64,000 bases of DNA. Source: Phoronis australis (lineage: Eukaryota > Animalia > Phoronida). Under the pieces are notes generated by a model, which saw only the letters and a program-made list of their open reading frames with translations, searched no databases and had not been told where the DNA came from. Each line of letters starts with the position of its first letter. Positions within the stretch are counted from its first letter, which is position 1. The stretch covers positions 916,736 through 980,735 of the forward strand of contig NMRA01000090.1 in assembly GCA_002633005.1 (NCBI GenBank), in the 5' to 3' direction. Shown here in pieces: positions 47,085 through 59,256 of this stretch. The translations under genes were made by a program, and so were the position numbers.

Positions 47085-50000
47085 TTTTCCAGCTCCAAAG
47101 CAAACCAAAAAGTTTGGTGGAATCCTGCGTATTTTGAAGCGAAGCACCGTGCCTTGTATGGAAGTTGAAACGGCGGGGCCTGTCAGTGAGAGTGTGATCG
47201 TCAGCAACTGAACACTTTCGGTGAACCACACAGTCAAATCACCACTTCGCCTCTTCGGGAACCTTGTCTGATGTTACCTACAAAGAGTTCAGAGATGTAC
47301 TAATAAAATCCAAGATAAACACGATTATGTATACAACAAAATTTAAAGTTGCATTCGCCCTATCTGGCCAGAACGAAAATCGCAGCAGGACTTTAACTAT
47401 CATAAAATCGGTCTGATACTATTCCTAACCGTGATAGTATTCTACATGTATGTCCGTTAACAACAAGAACATCGAGACCATCAGCGACTAGAGCGAGCGC
47501 TTTAGATTTTATTGGGTTGGCCTACTCTTAAGTAGCGCATTTGAAAATGGTACATATGTACGCATTGACTGTGACTTGAGATGGTAACGGAAATGGAATC
47601 TTATTACTGGAAAATGACTACATGACAGTAACTTGTCGTTTGTGGCACCAACATTCAAATTTCTTGAAATATGATACAGTGCTACGAATATCGACGTAGA
47701 CACAGGTGTTCTTTACTTTCATAATACACACGAATACAGATCTTCGTCTAGTTAAAAATGTAGTATTCGTACTGACGTGAGTAAAAGCGCTTTTTCTGCT
47801 TCAGTTACGTCTTGAGTTATTTTTACGTTGCTGAAGAAGGCTGAAAGTCAAACCTGGCAAACACATTGCTCCATTCTTCTAAGAGGATTACACGTTCTAT
47901 TTTAGTCCTTTAGTAGGAGCAGAATTCAGTTTGAATGCCTTTACCCAAGACTAACTGCGCGACAAACCGCGACGGAAATATATAAAACTTCACAGCGTGT
48001 ACAAAGACGCAATCAGAGAGACAAGCTCTTAACAAATTACACCGTATAAAACGCGAGGAAATTAGATCAAAATCGCGTCTGCAAAATTAACAAGATCCTT
48101 TAATTAATTTCTAAAAAGATACATGTGCGCAGGCTATAGAATTGTTTTACAATTGGATTTGGTTACTCGGGTAATTGCTGAATCAAAAGAAAGAAGTATA
48201 TTAATTCCGAGCAAGTCTTTTCCCAATTTACACCCGCAAACAAAACTTAAATCTCCTAAATTACAATAGTGGGAATCGTTTTGAGAGTCAGAGAGTAACT
48301 TGAGTTTTAAATGAAAAAGTTCAAACATTTACTTTTATATTTCATTCAAATATTAACCCGGCATTTTGGAAGACGTCACAAAGGGGCGCAACCTCTCCAT
48401 CCCGAAGATAGTGGAATACGTATCAGTTTTGCACATAAAAACCTTCAGTAGGCCTATGCCATCGCATGGCTTGCGTGTTTTATTTTACATGTATGTAAAT
48501 GGATGTGTTTCGGTTTTTCTTCATACACTTCTTACTCGTTTTCATTGCGATTTCACCTGTTGTCCATGAAAGACAATACTATGATATCGCAAGAATGGTC
48601 CTACACTCATTAACATGGTTTCACATTTGCTCAAGGAAACGAAGTAACATTTGAATACTCCAATTGGTTGGAAAATAATATTCGGACATTTCAATTGGCT
48701 GATATCGAAAAATGTGTGTACATGTATGTAAATGCATGGACACTTCTCTATCTATTGATACATGCTTTAATTTGTGGCTTGCGGTTATCGCAACAACAAA
48801 CGCAGACGCACTCAGTCGGTGCACACGACGGTTGTTCGTGTGTAGTAACACTTAATCCAGTAAAAAGAAGGCGCAACACGATTCATTAAACTTTTCCGCC
48901 CAAGGATACGCACGGGATTTCCGCGTGTCGGCCATCATCCTTTCAAAGGCCAAGCCTTATCCAGAGGTGGCGCTACCGTAGAAAGTAGAAAAATCGCCAC
49001 GGTGTTTTTTATCTCTCTTTTGTTAGTGTACCTCCTTCATCAGCTTGTCGATCGTGTTTTTGTTGTTTCGAAATCTGATATCTTTCATTGTTAAATTGCG
49101 TGCAGTTGTATTGCGCGGTGCGCATGCATTTCCATGCAAATTGCTACCATGTCTAATGTTGCATTCCGGTACCCAAGGTCATGGGGGGGGGGGGGTGGGT
49201 GGTGGCGCACCAACAAAATGGCCGCCATCTTTGAACGTCGCTTTTCATGAATTGCCAGTAACAAACACAACTACATGCAGAAAATAACTTACGAAATGCT
49301 TCTATTTTAGCTATGTCTTACTATTGAAGAAAGTCTTTCTACCTTATAACCACTAGAGAAAACAAAGGAAAGGCTGTCTTGAAAGGGTTAGCCATTGCCT
49401 TAAATGGAAATTATAAATCAAGTTACTCAAATACGCAAACGATGCCCAAAACGTTTCAATAACACGATAAAATGCTTTCCGTTATGAAACGCGCCATTCA
49501 GGACGTCACCAAGTAAAAGCAGTTTTAAAAAGCCATCACTGTTGACGTGGTTGGCCAAATCTGTTTAAAATTGGACAGTTTTAAATGAATATCCGGTCAT
49601 CTTTCACGTTTTTCATGTAGTAACCAACAGCTCTTATGTTAAAGTGAACAGTGAACAAACTTTGAGAGAACCGTGAGAGTAAATTTCGTGTTTCCAATGT
49701 GCACGCCGTAAAAGGGAATGAAAAACAGCTTAAAATTTTCAAATTAAAGCCTTCTCCAAGTGTGAGCCATTCCTTGAACCATCCATTTTGTGACTCGTAT
49801 TTCGACAACCTGTTTGCANCACAAACGCGCAATTTACAGTGGTGCGCCCGTTTTTTTAGTCCGCCCGCTTTATTGTTATCAAAAGGTCCATAACGTCAGG
49901 AATTCGAGCCCCCCATATTGGAGGCTGGGTGCGCGCATGAATTCTCTTCAATTTCTCAGAAATGACAGATAAAAACAAAAGGAACATTTACTTTTGAGAA

Positions 50001-53000
50001 GTAACAGTAGATGTACCCGACGTGGCAACTACAGTAAGATTGTTCAAATTTAGACCATTCCAAACCATTGATCATTTCATACTGAACTTAAGTAGCGTTA
50101 TTTGTGAAACTCGGGTCCAGCAACTTTAACTCGTCCCCGACACTAGCAATAAAAATCTCCCAATACTTAAAACTGGGTATAAACGTCTACGTTACCGATA
50201 ATCCATTGTAGGCTTGTTCAGTGTGAAGTTAAGCCTCACCCCCGGAATACATCTCCGTTTTGTGATTATAAAGTTTTGTTCCGAACAGCAGATGCAACTT
50301 GATAATTAGCACGCGGCTCACTCCACCCAGAGTTTGAAATTACAATCTGCTCGCTATTCGACTGAACAAATTCATGAGATTAGCAGTTGTTAGTGACTGA
50401 GATCAATGGATGGTTATCAAATGTTACCTAAAAAGAGACAGGTGAACACGATTTGTTATACGATAATTGATTTCTTTGGTTGTAACGACGCTATCTCTGG
50501 GGATATTTGACATGAGAGGAGTACTCATTTGATATTCATTAAACATACACAACTTGTAGACGTTGTGCAATATTTCCATCATAGGCGTCATGCTATGAAT
50601 TAATGAAATGCTAGGCGTGAAAAAACCTACATTTCACCCTATTAAGCAGCTCGGAACAACAAAAATTTGATTAAAAATGAACCACGTGACGTAAGTGCAC
50701 ATCCACCAACTGTGGATCTCGAAATTACAACCAATTCAAAGCAAGTACGAGTTAACATGTTAGCCCAGCCTTCCAAAACCATACCTTTCTACTTGGCCAA
50801 AGTTTTAATTCCAATTGAAAATTAAAACCAACAATCACAGTGGCAATTGAATGTTCATTCATACACTATGAGGATTTATGATTACTTATAATTTGGTTGA
50901 CACACAAGATTAGTAAAGAATTCTTCACCGATGGGACATTCGAGGTGACGTCTCACACAAATTTTTCTGTTCCTCTGCTCAAGCGAAATTCATGAAATGT
51001 TGGGACGTTTTAATAGTTTTTAACCTCAAATGGAGTTTTAAACCTCAGAGAGCTTTCCAATACTAAAGAGAAAAAGCGATCTTCGTATTAAAGGCATATT
51101 TCCTTCGCGCCCGCTCCATATCTGCATAGAACAGAATTATTCTACCACAAAATACTGAATCTAAAACGTTTTCATGGGCTGAGAGAAAATGGTTTTCAGA
51201 CCAAAACTGATCTTTTAGAGCCTTAGCAAGTAATTCGAGGATCAAAATGTGTCCGAGATTGACAGAGTTGGTCAACTCTTCTAAACCTTATCTTTCTTGC
51301 ATAAACTAAGAAACATCTTCAACCCAGATATAATGTCCCGCAGTTTATGGGTTTCCTGGTGGTCTCAAAGTGTGTTGGTTTTATTAAATCAATATCATCC
51401 CATTGGAAAACAACATCTATCGTAGCTCGTCTTCCATTTTTATTGTAGAAACCAAGTGCCATCGCGACAAGATAAATTTTCTAGACCAATGACGCAGAGC
51501 TAATCAGCTTGTTTCATAAATTTTATGTTTAGGTCACAGGAAAACACAGCTTTACATAGGATACGAAAAGTTAACCATTGTTAATTTTGCACATTTCCAA
51601 AACTTCTCCTTATTTGACTCTTTTGTGACTTCTCTTCGGGTTTTGTAAGTTTATTGAGGTATGCGGAAGTTTAAATTGCCCTGAGTTTGCAAAATTGTAA
51701 CTTTCCCCGAGACATGAAATCGAGCTAATAGAGTTTATCTGAATTTCGCGTTGGGCTGTTTTTTTTTCTGTACAGAAGTCATTTGACTTGTCCAAAGCAC
51801 TATTCACGCTTGCAGATTTGGCAAATTTTGAAACAGTTTTCAACCCTGTTCTGAAACTTAAATATTTAAGTAAAAATTTTTTGACATTGCTGTTTAAGCT
51901 AACTCTGGGTTTAGCGTGTTTTGTTTGATTCAGTGTCTCACCACACAAGAGGTAATGTGGTAACAATAGACAGATTTCGACAGACCTCTGCAGTACTACC
52001 AAACATCTTCTTGCCAGAATTATTGTGCAGTTTAGTTGATCGTTTGTCGCCATAAAATAGGATATTTGTCGAACACAACTCAAGAGTTTAAAGCCTTCGT
52101 TATTGGAGGTGATGGCACTCACCGTCGTCATAAATTGCCAAATGTTGTGAACGGTTTGGGCCAACGCGGATAGCCATGAGCTCAACTGTCTGCCTGAAGT
52201 GAAATTTATCGCACGTCATTGATACCCGCACACGGCGAGGAAAATGCATCCAACTGGCGTGCATCGCTATCTACGTTGGCCCTTAGCAGGGGGCTTATCG
52301 CCTCTCCTTCCTCTACGTCACGACCGCGATAATCATCAGTCAATTGAAACACCTAGCTACTAACGGCACCCGCTAACATTGGTGTTCTTTTCAGTATACT
52401 CTGTTTCGGATACCCGCAACGCCGGTGACTGTTCAAAGCAAGCACCTCCTCTCGATCGTTCTTTGTTTACTATTTTTAGCGGTGACGCAATACGGCGCAA
52501 AAAGGCTCCTGAACGTATCGTTTGAAATGCAGGCGTTTTCCTCACGGTGTTCAAACCGAGTTTCTGTGTTACTGAAACATTGCTTGAACTATTTGGATAG
52601 TGCAATACATCCAGAAAAAAGCGTTCTTCGAGGAGGACTTAATTGTGACGTAATTGTATATTTGCAAAAGGACAAACGCGAGAGGAGCAACATCTTGTTG
52701 CCGAGGTGTTGACGGCATTTAGCCACAGTTAAACGAGTTCTAGTTGAAAAGAAATGGAAGCTTACATGTAGTCGCGGTTTGTGCGTTGAAACTTCATAGA
52801 ATGTCCACATTGTTCACTTTACATGTAGAAACTACTGAACTACGGTTGTCTACCATCTGAGAGCATCCCCATGTATTCCCATGCAGCCAACAAAAAGCTT
52901 GCATAAACAACTTGATTTTTATTGATGAGAACCTCAGGTTTAGCATCTGATCAAACCGTCGACCATCGTAACATTTCGTGCGATCTCGACTGAAAGAGGC

Positions 53001-54990
53001 AAGTCGTCGTTATCCAGGCGTGTTCGCATTGATTTTTTAAAAAGCTAGGCGGTTCTATAAGACGCCGATTCCAAAACCAGCCAACACACGCATTGACGAA
53101 CATGATGGACACGTCTGCCTTGTCCAATGTGGTCCCCCTGGCAAAACGAATATCTTGTCAGTTCATGAATGAAATTAACTGGTGATTGCATTCTACTGGT
53201 GTCTATCATATATTTTCAAACATCCGATGAGAAAGTAAGAGTTAGAGTTGTTTAAAGCTGGATCCATTTTGAATATAAGCCTCAAAACAAAAGACGCCAG
53301 ATTTAACGACCAACAAGGAATTAGTAAGGCCATGGAACTTTTGGACATGGAATGCCATCTCCCGCACGTAACCTATGCGTACTTCTGTTGGAGCTTGCGA
53401 CCCCGAGACTTATCGCGACACATTGTGCAGTAAACTTCCGCTGTTCTAATGAGTTCTGATGAATGTTAGATATCAATTCAAGCATTTGTAAAAAAACTCC
53501 AATCCAATCCAATACTTTGTGTTACTGATAGCGTGCACTGTACTTGTCAATTACCCCACTATTGGCTGGTTGCCCACATTTTGATTTTTTAACCGCCATT
53601 CCCCCACACCATCAAAATGTCCCGCTTTTTGACATGTACGGTGAAATTGACACATTGTCATGTACTATTATAAATTCCCACGCGACACCCGTAATTTCGC
53701 CGTCGGACGTTTTTGGGTGCTACGCCTCCCATTTGACAAAAAAGGTTGCCAGGACAATTTTTGAGTTGCTGCGAACATTTCATCCTTGCGTTTTATCATA
53801 GACCCAGAAGTCCCGCTTTTCAATCTAGTTGTACCGTTTTTCGTTCTCTAATGTTGACCGTGACAACTACGCAACAAGTGTTCAAAATAACATTGTCTTT
53901 TTGTTATGAATATTGTTATTTTCCAGAGTTCACTTTCTTTAGTAACGTAACAATCGTAAAACTGTTCAAGTGTCTCTCGTTTACGGTAGCACATACTGCA
54001 TGTATTAGAATCGCGAACTAATGCTTTCTGAAGAAATGAGTTAATCTTCAAACTTCAGTGTAAAGTTCTACACTGCAACCAATGTTTCGAAGCTACACGA
54101 CAGATGTTTGCCCATTTTTAGAAAAACCGTATCTGCGAAGTTTGTATTGATAGTGGAACTAACTGGTTTATCGGTATTACATTTAATGTAAATGTCACTG
54201 CATCCTGATTTTTTACTGAAGAATGTAATTGCATCAAACAACAACAAACGCCAAGTACAGTTTTTTATGATTACCTGACTAAATTCTTCGCATCAACTGC
54301 GAGGGATCCATACTCTAAAAATGTTGTCTTTATAGGAAAGCAATTTTTTGAATCATTGAACTCACTTTCCAGCTGGCTTAATTAGTCATTTACAATGTAT
54401 ATAACCTCTTTGGTCCATTTTCTGCACGCTGAGCAGATACTCCCGGGTTCGAGTCCCGCTAGGTGCAGAATTCTTTTCAGACTTACGTACGTATATTCAC
54501 ACGGTTACGTGATGTGGCCAACAGGAGGTGTGCAGACCAGAGTTTAAAATGTTTGTGATTTTCATGATACTATAACCTAAATTAATTGACATTACACTTA
54601 ATCATTTGACTTATTAATTAATCAGCCAATTAGTACATGAAAGGTTTCATTCCTAGACTGCTATCTTTCGCAGTTTGTTAATACTCATGGTTTTTAGAAT
54701 TAAATATATCTTTTAACCTGTCAGGTATGCGAGATGATAATTACTTACCAGTGGCGGATCTAGGATATCACGAGGGGGGGGGGGCAAAATTTTGTCCGGC
54801 CGTAAGCATTTGCGCAAACCACAATTGTAAATGCGCATAGCATAGCACCGAATGGGGGCAAACCCCCTCCCGCTCAGGAAAATTTTCTGTTTTTTCCTCT
54901 AAAAATCGAGCATTTTCCTTGATTTCTGAAGTATTATCCAAGAAAAAATGCAAAAAAAAAAACACGTGGAACGTGTCACACAGGAAAAAC

Positions 54991-55050
54991 TGCGAGTTCC
55001 ACTCACGACCTGGCTGACAGAAACTCGCGTGCTTTACCACTACACCACCA
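54991..55050 (-). repeat. tRNA-derived SINE-like head (degenerate); similar A/B-box relics near 33620-33685, 33820-33835, 39060-39110 (-), 54440-54465
   Basis: Minus strand TGGTGGTGTAGTGGTAAAGCACG... A-box with a decayed B-box; GGTTCGA(G/T)TCC B-boxes at other sites; no complete cloverleaf. Confidence 0.45.
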
Positions 55051-55277
55051 CGTTTTCACTACTAAACTTAATCTAAGAGACCTACTTGTTTATGGTCCAC
55101 AGCGTTTGCGCGCGAAACCTACTTCTTTTTGTAATGCTTATTATACGTTTTATATTTTGTGCAATCGGTTCTTAGCAAATTTGTTGTATTTAAAATAGTC
55201 ATCAAATGCCCAAAAGACCAAATCCGTTTTTCGTGTTGGCAATAATGACGGGACTGCTTTGGAAATCGTCTTAAGTT

Positions 55278-55723
55278 CACAGGCGTCCTCAGCTTATGAT
55301 CGTCCCCAATACACTACATATAATACTACAAGGTATGTTACGGAAGTACTCAATAGTTTTTCTACTGGCGGCTAAGTGTAATTATCGACATCGTGACTTT
55401 GCGTGACAAACCGGCAATTCCCGTACCGTCCTTGACCCCGACGGGCACAGGGTGAAAGTGTGTGGGGGCTTTTTGTGAACATTTTTGTTCTCTGACTGCG
55501 AATTTCTTACGAAGTCGCCGTAACTGGACACCGTGAATGGTATTGGGAGAAAGAACAATTCTTCATGGTTTGTTGAACCCCTATTTTGTGTAAATTTATT
55601 GAGTTTTATGTTTGCTATGGACGACTGAAGTGAAGCACCCGAGGAATTTCTAGACGGGAATGTCATACCTTGTAGTATTATATGTAGTGTATTGGGGACG
55701 ATCAGAAGCTGAGGACGCCTGTG
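55278..55723. mobile_element. 446-bp MITE, 60-bp TIRs, 8-bp TSD (P-element-like or hAT)
   Basis: CTTAAGTT on both sides (55270-55277, 55724-55731); TIRs 55278-55337 and 55664-55723 start CACAGGCGTCCTCAGCTT and differ at one position. Confidence 0.92.
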
Positions 55724-57911
55724 CTTAAGTTAAGGTTTGACAAAGAGAGAATTAATGACTTTCTGAGTGATTCACTAAGGCTTAGATTAGAATTCACATC
55801 TTACAAGCAGCTTCTGTTCTTTCATCGTCACTCAGGTTCCATTTTCTTTAAAAAATGAAGTAAATTTTCTTCATTACACAGTGGAGCAGACGACGGAAAC
55901 GGAGTCGTAGTGCGCAGCGCCACTACCGGTCGCCTGGGATATCGCGGGAGAGCCTGCACTTAGCCATAGTTACGTTACGAATACGCCGTGTTCCGAATTT
56001 GTCACTTGAAATTAGATCTGAGCCCCCCCCCCAAACACTAAAACTGCAAACATTTAAATCTTTTTTTCATCCGTATAATTTTAATTACCTGGGCAAATTA
56101 ATAAACTCAACATTTCTCTACGCTTTTGCTGTTTTATTTTTTTGCGGCAGCCAAGGGGGGCGGGGGGCGGACCCCCTGGCCCCCCCTAAATCCGCCTATG
56201 CTTACGAAGTAAACTATAAATCTTTTGCATCTGCTGTAATCTTACATCATCAAGAGCTGACGAAGAGCTATCTAATGACATGACTATTATGTAGTTCGGT
56301 TGAAAAACGACTGAGTTGCGAAATGTTTTGTAATGAAGGTAACACTTTTCTCATTGTCCTAGTGTTAAAACATGTGTTTGTTACTAATTGTCCTAGGTAA
56401 ATGATTTTGGTATCACATTACAGCCCTGGTGGTACGCCTAGAAGCTAGACAGTGGTAGTACCCACAGCCGGCTTCCCGAATCGCGGGGTTGCAAAATATT
56501 CCAAAAAATATATGAAATTTATTTGGGAGAAGCTTTCGGTGATAGCAGTTCTCAACTTACTTCGTTTCTACTAAACATTCACCCTGAGCGTAATATTCCA
56601 TAGCAAAAACCAACACCGAAACAAACGAACACATACAATCCCACGCATGCGCGGCGCAACCTCTTCTGCGCGAGATCAAAGTTGGCATTTCAGATCTACA
56701 CTTTTGTGGCTAGCCTAAGTGTGGTTAACATTATACGTTGTTTTCAAGTTTTAAAAGGGCGTTTTCGGTTTTCCTGGCGAAAAACGTACTTTGGGGACAT
56801 TATTGGGTGAAATGTTCTTGAAGTTATTAGCGTTGACCAGACTGATAGAACAACAAAATTCTGTGTTTATGCGATTTTGTTACAAATCTCCAATTCTTGC
56901 AATAGCCTGTCAGACATTCGCTAAAATCAAGGCCAGTGTCTTTACTGTTTAAATATGTTTAAAACACTCTGCCTTTTATAACGCATAGGAGTTGGCCCAG
57001 CGGCAGTGCGTTGAGCTGCTAGTACGGAGTTAGTGAGTTTGGCTTCGAGCTACTGCGTAATCTGTAAAAATTACTTTTATCGTCGAGAATGTCTCTTTAA
57101 AGAGGATTTCCTTAAAAAGGCACTCCATTGCAGGGAGACACTCTATGGCCAGTTTACACCTATCCCAGGGCATTGTGACGCAACAAATAATTTTCAATTC
57201 TCTACAACATCACATTGTAAATGCTAGTCCCTGAAATGGTTATGCAGAGTCAAAATAACATTTTCTAGTTTGCAATGTAGTTGACAGAACTCCATTACGT
57301 ACTAGTACGCTTGTTTACCACGATTCACTTTGTTTTATGATTATCTGACGTTGTCAAAGGCAAATTGTAAATCACGCAGGTGTTCATGTAAAAAAGTTGT
57401 GCCCTGAGATTAAAGCATGTTTACCAGATTAATGCAGGTTGTCTAAGAAATATTTTTCGTGGCAAAGCTATTTTCATAGATTACGTAAACCAACTAGTTA
57501 CAAGTACCTGCCTCTTACAGTTAGTTGCAAGAAAAGCTCTAAATCTGATAAATGATAAAAGAATAATATCTTGACAACTAATTCCCATCATTTATCATTA
57601 ACAGAACTCTGTCACATCAACTAATTAAGCCAACTCAAACTCGCAATTCCAACGTGCCAGTTCGTCTCTTAAATCAAATAACACAAGACGCTGTCAAGTT
57701 CATCGAACACATTTTTGTTCGAAACTACCACGTAATGTGTGTTGCAAACATGTTCACAAGTGGGTACAAGTTCCGTGAAAACGTTGGCGACTGACATTCT
57801 GAGCCCGATTGCAATAACAGTTATACGCTGAATATGAACAATGACATCGCATAATTATAGGCCTACCACCTGTCACGTTACTATTGTTGAGCACAGCGTC
57901 TGAGGGAAACT

Positions 57912-58161
57912 AGGTCGCAAGCTCGTCGCATAGATATCGGTAGATAGGCGTATCCATTCTTCACTTTGTTTTTGTTTTTTATAATAAAAATGATGGTATG
58001 TATTTATCGGTAATCGGCTGATACGATATCCATGCGACCTGTATTGTTATATCCAACAAAGACGCAACAAAGGAAAACAATGAAAGCGTCCCATAGGCGA
58101 TAACCATGCGACGCGCTTACTCCCGTCGCATGGATCTCGCAAGTTAAACAGCTTGCGACCT
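57912..58161. mobile_element. MITE-like inverted-repeat element
   Basis: AGGTCGCAAGCT ... AGCTTGCGACCT with internal GTCGCAT/ATGCGAC repeats. Confidence 0.5.
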
Positions 58162-58817
58162 CCATACGACGTCATTTGGCAGCGAAAAACTTCGAAATAG
58201 TAAGCAGCCTAGCTCTGGATCTAATCTTTGTACTCGAAATAGGGCTTGCTTGTATGCGAATTCAAGATAAGTGTTTCATTATTCTTTCCTTGAGTATACT
58301 ATGGTTTATACGAATAACTGTCTATAGTCAGTCTAGCTTGTACTTGATGACCTCAGCATTACCGCCGTAAGTTAGTGTCTCAACTTCAACTTTCGAGTTT
58401 CTAATCGAAATATCGAGTTTTTTCTCGGGTTTTTAGCTCTTGTAACTTAATGGTCATCTAGTGCTAACTTGGACTATGCGCATATCAGCAAAACCTTAAC
58501 AAACACACTCGAGCACAGAATAATAGACATTTGTCTTGTATTGGCACAGACGAAGTGGAACGTAAAATGTCAAAACGATTTCTAGTTAAACTTTGAGTAC
58601 AGATTTAGTCAGACGGAGAGTTTAGTGCACAGGTTGTTTGTTGAGGGACGGTTAAGGTTGGGATTGGGGTTGGGTTAGGATTAATAGCGTTTGTGTTAGG
58701 GACGGTTAGGGATATGGTTGTTAGGGTTACGATGAGGCACGAGCTCATGTGATGTCACTTCCTTCTTATTTTGCTCGAAGTCATACTGAGATTCGCACAT
58801 GCGCAGATAGTGTTTAC

Positions 58818-59256
58818 CCACCGAAGGGAAATTTGAGGCTTTAAAAATACGCGAGGTGTTTCGGATGGCTGGTCTCACGAATGTTGTAAATACTTGGCAC
58901 ATCACCCGCTGTCACACATAAATCTTTCATTTGAAAACACGGCTCACGCACGCAATACTTAGTTCCGACTGCCAAACACACTGCTGGATCCACGATACAC
59001 CACTCTTTCAAAAAATATAACCGTGTCCGGCCTCACAAACACGGCACACTAATTACATGTACATCTACCATGCTTGGCTGTCAGTGAGCCGTGTTTTGTG
59101 GTCGACGAGTCGTGTACATGTATGTGAGTCGGTGAACTAAGTTTACCAGGTGACAGTGAGCCGTATTTATAAATGCAGAAACTGTGAGTGATGCAGCTGG
59201 GTTGTTCGGATTGCCTGACATGAATATCTTCAAACCTTTACATTCCACTTGGTTGG
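58818..59256. repeat. Long imperfect palindrome (foldback)
   Basis: Nested mirrored blocks: AAACACGGCTCAC/GTGAGCCGTATTT, CTTAGTTCCGACT/AGTCGGTGAACTAAG, CACAAACACGGCACACT/AGTGAGCCGTGTTTTGTG; centre near 59065. Confidence 0.65.

Noticed and set aside
47085-47237. 51-aa N-terminal extension of the GPCR ORF from a TTG start
   Set aside because: Non-ATG start; the first ATG (47084) gives a normal short glycosylated N-terminus. An upstream coding exon cannot be fully excluded.
51610-52185. 191-aa minus-strand ORF
   Set aside because: TTG start, no recognisable domain, no convincing splice boundaries; treated as chance until BLASTX says otherwise.
55278-55300. CACAG terminus as a RAG/Transib recombination-signal-like end
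   Set aside because: TSD is 8 bp rather than 5 bp, heptamer is CACAGGC, and no nonamer is visible.
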